From a virus (taxonomy: Duplodnaviria; Heunggongvirae; Uroviricota; Caudoviricetes), in the IMG/VR virus record IMGVR_UViG_2541047715_000004: 64,000 nt of DNA; one strand, written 5' to 3'. Shown piece by piece: positions 59,887 through 64,000 of this stretch (position 1 is its first letter; each line of letters starts with the position of its first letter). Below the pieces are notes generated by a model. That model was not told where the DNA came from. It made no database searches and worked only from the letters and a program-made list of their open reading frames with translations. Both the position numbers and the translations under genes were made by a program.

Positions 59887-60719
59887 TGGCGCAGATCGAC
59901 TCGTATCGTAGCGGTGAAGCTGTTTCCCTTTCATTTGCCTTCAACGTGCTGGATATCGAATCTGCTACCTACACAGTAAAGGACAGCACCGGGGCTATTC
60001 TCGTTGATGGCGAGCCGCTAGAAATTACCAGCGGTCAAATGTCGATTCCGGTTGTCGTGTCGGCTGAATATAACCAGCTCTCTGAGAAAGAGCGAGATCT
60101 GCGGTACGTCATTGTGAAGGCTGTTGCATCGGGTCTGACGCATGAAGAGCGGCAAATGTATGTTCTGCTGAATAGTTTTGAACTGTCGATACCAGAACAG
60201 TCGTTTGCAACTGTCGCTGATGCTCAAATGCAGGCGATCGATATGCTGAATGGGGACACTTTGCTGTCGGATGGTGAAGGCTTAATGCGCAAGCGTCTCA
60301 TTGAGGCTACCAGACGAATTAAAACTTTACCGTTCTCAATCCGCAAAATTCTACGTATCGACTTTGACCGATACGATCGCCCTCAAAATATGCTGAATGT
60401 GTATGATATTCCGTGGGGAGCAGATGGAGCGTACCGGCATGATTTAGTCGATTGGGAAAAGATGACGCAGGAGAAGTTTGAAGAGTTCCCTGACTACTTC
60501 AAAGAAGCGTTGATGCTTGCCGTTGTCAACGAAGCGTGTGAGATCGCAAATGGCAATGATGTAGCCGCAGCACGAGAGGATGGCATTTTGTCAGAGTCCA
60601 TCGGTGAAACAACCAACATGTACCGTACCGGTAAAGCTGCAAACGTGCATGTGGCTCGTAGCACCTGGCGCTTGCTGGTCAGTTACATCAACAACCGTAT
60701 GATTGTTCGCCGTGCGTAA
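59886..60719 (+). CDS. hypothetical structural protein
   Basis: 277-aa ORF, start overlaps upstream stop. Confidence 0.45.
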   Translation: MAQIDSYRSGEAVSLSFAFNVLDIESATYTVKDSTGAILVDGEPLEITSGQMSIPVVVSAEYNQLSEKERDLRYVIVKAVASGLTHEERQMYVLLNSFELSIPEQSFATVADAQMQAIDMLNGDTLLSDGEGLMRKRLIEATRRIKTLPFSIRKILRIDFDRYDRPQNMLNVYDIPWGADGAYRHDLVDWEKMTQEKFEEFPDYFKEALMLAVVNEACEIANGNDVAAAREDGILSESIGETTNMYRTGKAANVHVARSTWRLLVSYINNRMIVRRA

Positions 60720-60798
60720 CGCCAGTCGCATTATTTACTTTTGGTCTAAAGGGTTTTTGGCCAGTAATGAGAGCGACCGACAACAACAGGGAGAGAGC

Positions 60799-61143
60799 AT
60801 GAATATTTCATGGCAAACAGAAATTGCGATCTACCGCTTTGGCGCAAAGAACGTTTACGGTGAGGCGCAATTACAATTCGTCAGGAAGACGAATGTCGGC
60901 GTGGTTAAGTTCGAACAGAGTAATGAGAAATCGTCAGTTCGTGCTGATAGCTCTGGTAGTCGTGGTAAGGCGAGTCTGGAGCTGTTTGATGCTGTGTTAG
61001 TTGTCCCTTTAGAAGCGGCTGTACAACTTGATGATGTACTGATCCTTGAAGGTCAAAAATTAAAGGTGTCCAGTGTTCATCGCCGCTGGGGGCTACGAGG
61101 AAGACCTGGGCATCTTGAAGTAGGGGCGAATATATGGGTCTGA
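60799..61143 (+). CDS. hypothetical structural protein
   Basis: Start taken at MNISWQTEIA with GGAGAGAG RBS. Confidence 0.4.
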   Translation: MNISWQTEIAIYRFGAKNVYGEAQLQFVRKTNVGVVKFEQSNEKSSVRADSSGSRGKASLELFDAVLVVPLEAAVQLDDVLILEGQKLKVSSVHRRWGLRGRPGHLEVGANIWV

Positions 61144-61607
61144 AATACGATGCGCATCAGTTCAAACGTGCGGGGAATAGACTCAACAACAGCCAGAAAG
61201 CATTTAAGCGATATCTTATTCGGGACATGGAAAAGCTGGCGCGTTTGGTTGAGCGCCTCAGCCGTGCAATGGCCCCGCTGGAAACCGGATCTCTGGAGAC
61301 AGCTATCTTTGCCAGGGTGATTAAAGAAGGTTATTCAGGGCTGCGCATTGAGCTTTCTGTGTCTGGAGCAAAACCACGTCAGGGGCATCCGGGTGTAGAA
61401 GTAGGTGACTATGCTAAGTACATGGAGCTGGGTAAATACCGACTCGGTTATCTTTCTCGAATGAAGAACGTGACAAACCCACCAATTGCCGGTGTTAAAC
61501 CCCGTGTTGGGCCACACTTTCTGGAAAGAGCGGTGGAAATTAGCGAGAAGCAGTTCTCAGAAGCGATTCTTGAGGCTGCCAGAAAAGCCGGATTTACGAG
61601 AGGTTAA
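61134..61607 (+). CDS. hypothetical structural protein
   Basis: 157-aa ORF overlapping upstream gene end. Confidence 0.4.
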   Translation: MGLKYDAHQFKRAGNRLNNSQKAFKRYLIRDMEKLARLVERLSRAMAPLETGSLETAIFARVIKEGYSGLRIELSVSGAKPRQGHPGVEVGDYAKYMELGKYRLGYLSRMKNVTNPPIAGVKPRVGPHFLERAVEISEKQFSEAILEAARKAGFTRG

Positions 61608-61608
61608 T

Positions 61609-61992
61609 GTGTTTATTGAAGCGTTTGCAAGTTTGATGCAGAAGGCAAAGATTGGCACGGTCGGGACTGACATTTTCTGTCACTACTTGCCTGCCAATGT
61701 GAAATCTGGCGTCCTGCTTATTAATCCAAATACCGGCATCAGCATCGATCATGAGCTACAGGGCTTTTATCACGAATCATTCACAATCATTGTGCGTGGT
61801 TCGTCAATTACTACGACGGTTGAGAAAGCCAATAAAATCATTGAGATGTTTCCAGTAGAGGAAACGGAATCTGGTGGTGTGTATTTTCGACTTGTACGAC
61901 CGATGGCGATGCCAATCATTTATCCCAAAAATGATGGGGCATTAATAGAAGCAGGCATTCCTGTTGAATTTGCTGGCTATTTATTGAATTAA
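61609..61992 (+). CDS. hypothetical structural protein (GTG start)
   Basis: GAGAGG RBS then GTG at 61609; alternative start ATG 61633. Confidence 0.35.
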   Translation: MFIEAFASLMQKAKIGTVGTDIFCHYLPANVKSGVLLINPNTGISIDHELQGFYHESFTIIVRGSSITTTVEKANKIIEMFPVEETESGGVYFRLVRPMAMPIIYPKNDGALIEAGIPVEFAGYLLN

Positions 61993-62066
61993 CTCAATTG
62001 GTAAGTATATACTTACTATTAGCGCAATGAATGCGTAGAATTAACGGAAAAAGGAGTTTTCCATCA

Positions 62067-62813
62067 ATGTCTAATACCCATGTAAAAAACATCAAACTTG
62101 GTGCCTGTAAGGTGTCGTTTGGTGGTGTGGATTTGGGTTACACCAAAGGTGGTGTTCAGGTTGAAATCGCAACCGAAACGCTGAAAGTGACCGTAGACCA
62201 GCTGGGCCAGACCACGATCTCCGAGCTGATCCAGGGCCGCAACATCACCATTACTGCGCCGCTGGCTGAATCCGTGTTGAAAAACATGGTCGATCTGATG
62301 CCAGGTTCCACGCTGAGTTCTGGCGAAGATACCGTAACCATCACGTCTGCGCAGGGAGTGAACCTGATCGACGTTGCGAAAGAGTTGGTGCTGACCCCGC
62401 AGGATGCGACGGATTATGTTCTGACCATCCCTAAAGCAGCAACCGCGGGTAACTTCACCATGACCTACCAGTCTGACGACGTTCGCGTGTTCTCAGTTGA
62501 GTTTTCCGCTTACCCGGACGACGCTGGCGTGTTGGGGAAAATGAGCCTCCCAAAGCCGGTTGAGAGCGTCACGCTGACCCCGTCTTCACCGACCGTAAAA
62601 GTGGGCACTAAAGTTCAATTGAGCGCAACCTTCACCCCGGCCGATGCAACCAATAAGACTGGCGTGTGGAGCTCTGATGCGACTGATAAAGCGACCGTAG
62701 ATCAGAACGGACTGGTAACTGGTAAAGCTGTCGGTTCAGCCAATATCACCTTCACAACTAATGACGGTGCCAAGAAGGCGACCAAAGCCGTCTCTGTAAC
62801 TGCCGCAAGCTAA
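62067..62813 (+). CDS. putative major tail protein with C-terminal Ig-like domain
   Basis: Start at MSNTHVKN with AAGGAG RBS; C-terminal Big_2-like repeat; followed by chaperone and tape-measure genes. Confidence 0.5.
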   Translation: MSNTHVKNIKLGACKVSFGGVDLGYTKGGVQVEIATETLKVTVDQLGQTTISELIQGRNITITAPLAESVLKNMVDLMPGSTLSSGEDTVTITSAQGVNLIDVAKELVLTPQDATDYVLTIPKAATAGNFTMTYQSDDVRVFSVEFSAYPDDAGVLGKMSLPKPVESVTLTPSSPTVKVGTKVQLSATFTPADATNKTGVWSSDATDKATVDQNGLVTGKAVGSANITFTTNDGAKKATKAVSVTAAS

Positions 62814-62826
62814 ATTGTGATAACCC

Positions 62827-62858
62827 AAGAGGCCCATGGATGGGCCTCTGTATGAGTT
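62827..62858 (+). terminator. terminator-like hairpin
   Basis: Hairpin aagaggccca-tgga-tgggcctct. Confidence 0.45.
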
Positions 62859-62874
62859 TAAAAGGATTTAAACC

Positions 62875-63192
62875 ATGACCAAATTACTCGATCTCGACTC
62901 CATTCTGCCGCCGAAAAAAAGCATCAAATTTGGTGGCAAAGAATATCCCATCGTTGAAATGACCGTCGGCCTCTTTGTTTCCATCAAGCAGATGGAAGGC
63001 AAAGATCTCATGAACATGTCTCCTGTTGAGCAAGTGACAGCTTATGCAGATCTGGTTCGTAAGGTTATCCCTTCAGTACCTGACGAAGTTCTTGAAAAAC
63101 TGACTGTTCCGCAACTCCAGCAGATCTTCACCTTCGCTATGGAAGTGATTGATGAAGAAAACGAAAAAGCGGCTGGCGAAGGGGCAAAGTAA
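62875..63192 (+). CDS. putative tail assembly chaperone
   Basis: 105-aa acidic protein directly upstream of tape-measure gene; overlapping -1 frame open downstream. Confidence 0.45.
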   Translation: MTKLLDLDSILPPKKSIKFGGKEYPIVEMTVGLFVSIKQMEGKDLMNMSPVEQVTAYADLVRKVIPSVPDEVLEKLTVPQLQQIFTFAMEVIDEENEKAAGEGAK

Positions 63193-63272
63193 TTTCCCGC
63201 GATGAATCCGGGACAAGGACCGTCTCAATAGATCTCGGATTCTATTTCAGTCGTGTAGTTGCTCACTACGCC

Positions 63273-63542
63273 GTGTCGCCATTAGAGCTACTGAACGTTC
63301 CTCTCACGATGTTCTGGATGCTCAGTCGCAATATAGACCGTCTGCGTGCGGAAGAGGATGTCCGCAACTTACAAGTCGCTCGTGCGTCCCAGGCGGATGG
63401 CGAGGCTGTGAAGGCGTTCATGGAGGGTTTGCAACTCAGGATTGGAAGACCAGTCGTAACAGATAAAGTCTACGATCCAAGCCAGGATAAGGCAGACCCT
63501 GACGCCAAAGAGCAACTGATGCAAATATTTGGCAGAGGATGA
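63273..63542 (+). CDS. putative frameshift extension of tail assembly chaperone
   Basis: -1 frame relative to 62875 ORF, open from 63156 through 63542. Confidence 0.3.
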   Translation: MSPLELLNVPLTMFWMLSRNIDRLRAEEDVRNLQVARASQADGEAVKAFMEGLQLRIGRPVVTDKVYDPSQDKADPDAKEQLMQIFGRG

Positions 63543-63549
63543 CAAGGGA

Positions 63550-64000
63550 ATGTCACAAAACGTAGAGTTTATCCTGTCGCTGGAAGACAAACAGTTTACA
63601 GCGTCAATCGATCGTGCGGGGAAACTGCTTACTCGATTTGGTGAGCAGGTAACAAAGCCTGCTCAAAAAATCCAAACCTTTGAACGCTCTTTGGGTTCGG
63701 TCGCCCGTATCATTGGCGTTCTGGAAAGCAAGCTCGATTCTACGGCAGATAAACTACAGGATGTAGCTGCCGGTTTTGAGCTTGCTTCAGATGCTACGCG
63801 TAAAATGCGTGGCAACATCACCAGCCTCAATTCTGGTCTTAAAGCCCTGATTGAGCGCGTCGATACGACAGCTTCTTCAGTAGATAAACTCACCGCGTCA
63901 TTACGTAAAGTGCAATCAGAGCTAAATGATTTCTCTGATTGGGCGACCTATGCAAGCAAAAGCGCAAGCCGCTTTGGTACGGAGGTCAAAGAAGCCTCTG
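63550..64000 (+). CDS. tape measure protein, N-terminal part (runs past window end)
   Basis: ATG 63550 (MSQNVEFILSLEDKQF...), alpha-helical, no stop before position 64000. Confidence 0.5.
   Translation, partial: MSQNVEFILSLEDKQFTASIDRAGKLLTRFGEQVTKPAQKIQTFERSLGSVARIIGVLESKLDSTADKLQDVAAGFELASDATRKMRGNITSLNSGLKALIERVDTTASSVDKLTASLRKVQSELNDFSDWATYASKSASRFGTEVKEAS

Noticed and set aside
63663-63893. 76-aa minus-strand ORF
   Set aside because: Antisense within the tape-measure gene that runs past the window end.

Overview
The window reads as a phage-plasmid, resembling what I recall of the SSU5/pHCM2 group, with an Enterobacteriaceae-type host block inserted in the middle. All calls are from reading the sequence and ORF translations; no database search was run. 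Left arm (1-28.5 kb, almost all + strand): RecA-like recombinase split by an intein in its P-loop, SPFH lipoprotein, an iteron-flanked RepA with a GATC cluster and DnaA box (P1-like plasmid replicon), SbcCD-like nuclease pair, RuvC-like resolvase, NrdA/NrdB, thymidylate-synthase homolog, DHFR, P-loop kinase, DnaQ-like exonuclease, Dam-like methyltransferase and RNase HI. Middle (28.6-39.1 kb): an EcoR124-like type IC restriction-modification operon (hsdM-hsdS-hsdR, with the 12-bp TAEL repeat in hsdS), a LexA-box-preceded umuD'/humD-like gene, and chromosomal-type mrp/apbC and metG. Right arm (39.1-64 kb): small accessory genes among unusual non-coding repeats, an AT-rich minus-strand accessory block, an SF2 helicase, a tandem ParB-like/ABC-ATPase cluster, then terminase, portal, scaffold, capsid, Ig-like decoration protein, tail proteins and the start of a tape-measure gene. 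Two palindromic motif families recur upstream of genes on both sides of the host block. The best candidates for an undescribed system are the CA-rich tract with GGGAAACGG repeat arrays (40.6-41.8 kb, 44.7-44.8 kb), the hairpin-flanked two-gene operon at 45.3-46.2 kb, and the ParB-ParB-ABC-ATPase-GNAT-like cluster at 49.7-52.9 kb; none can be assigned a function from sequence alone.
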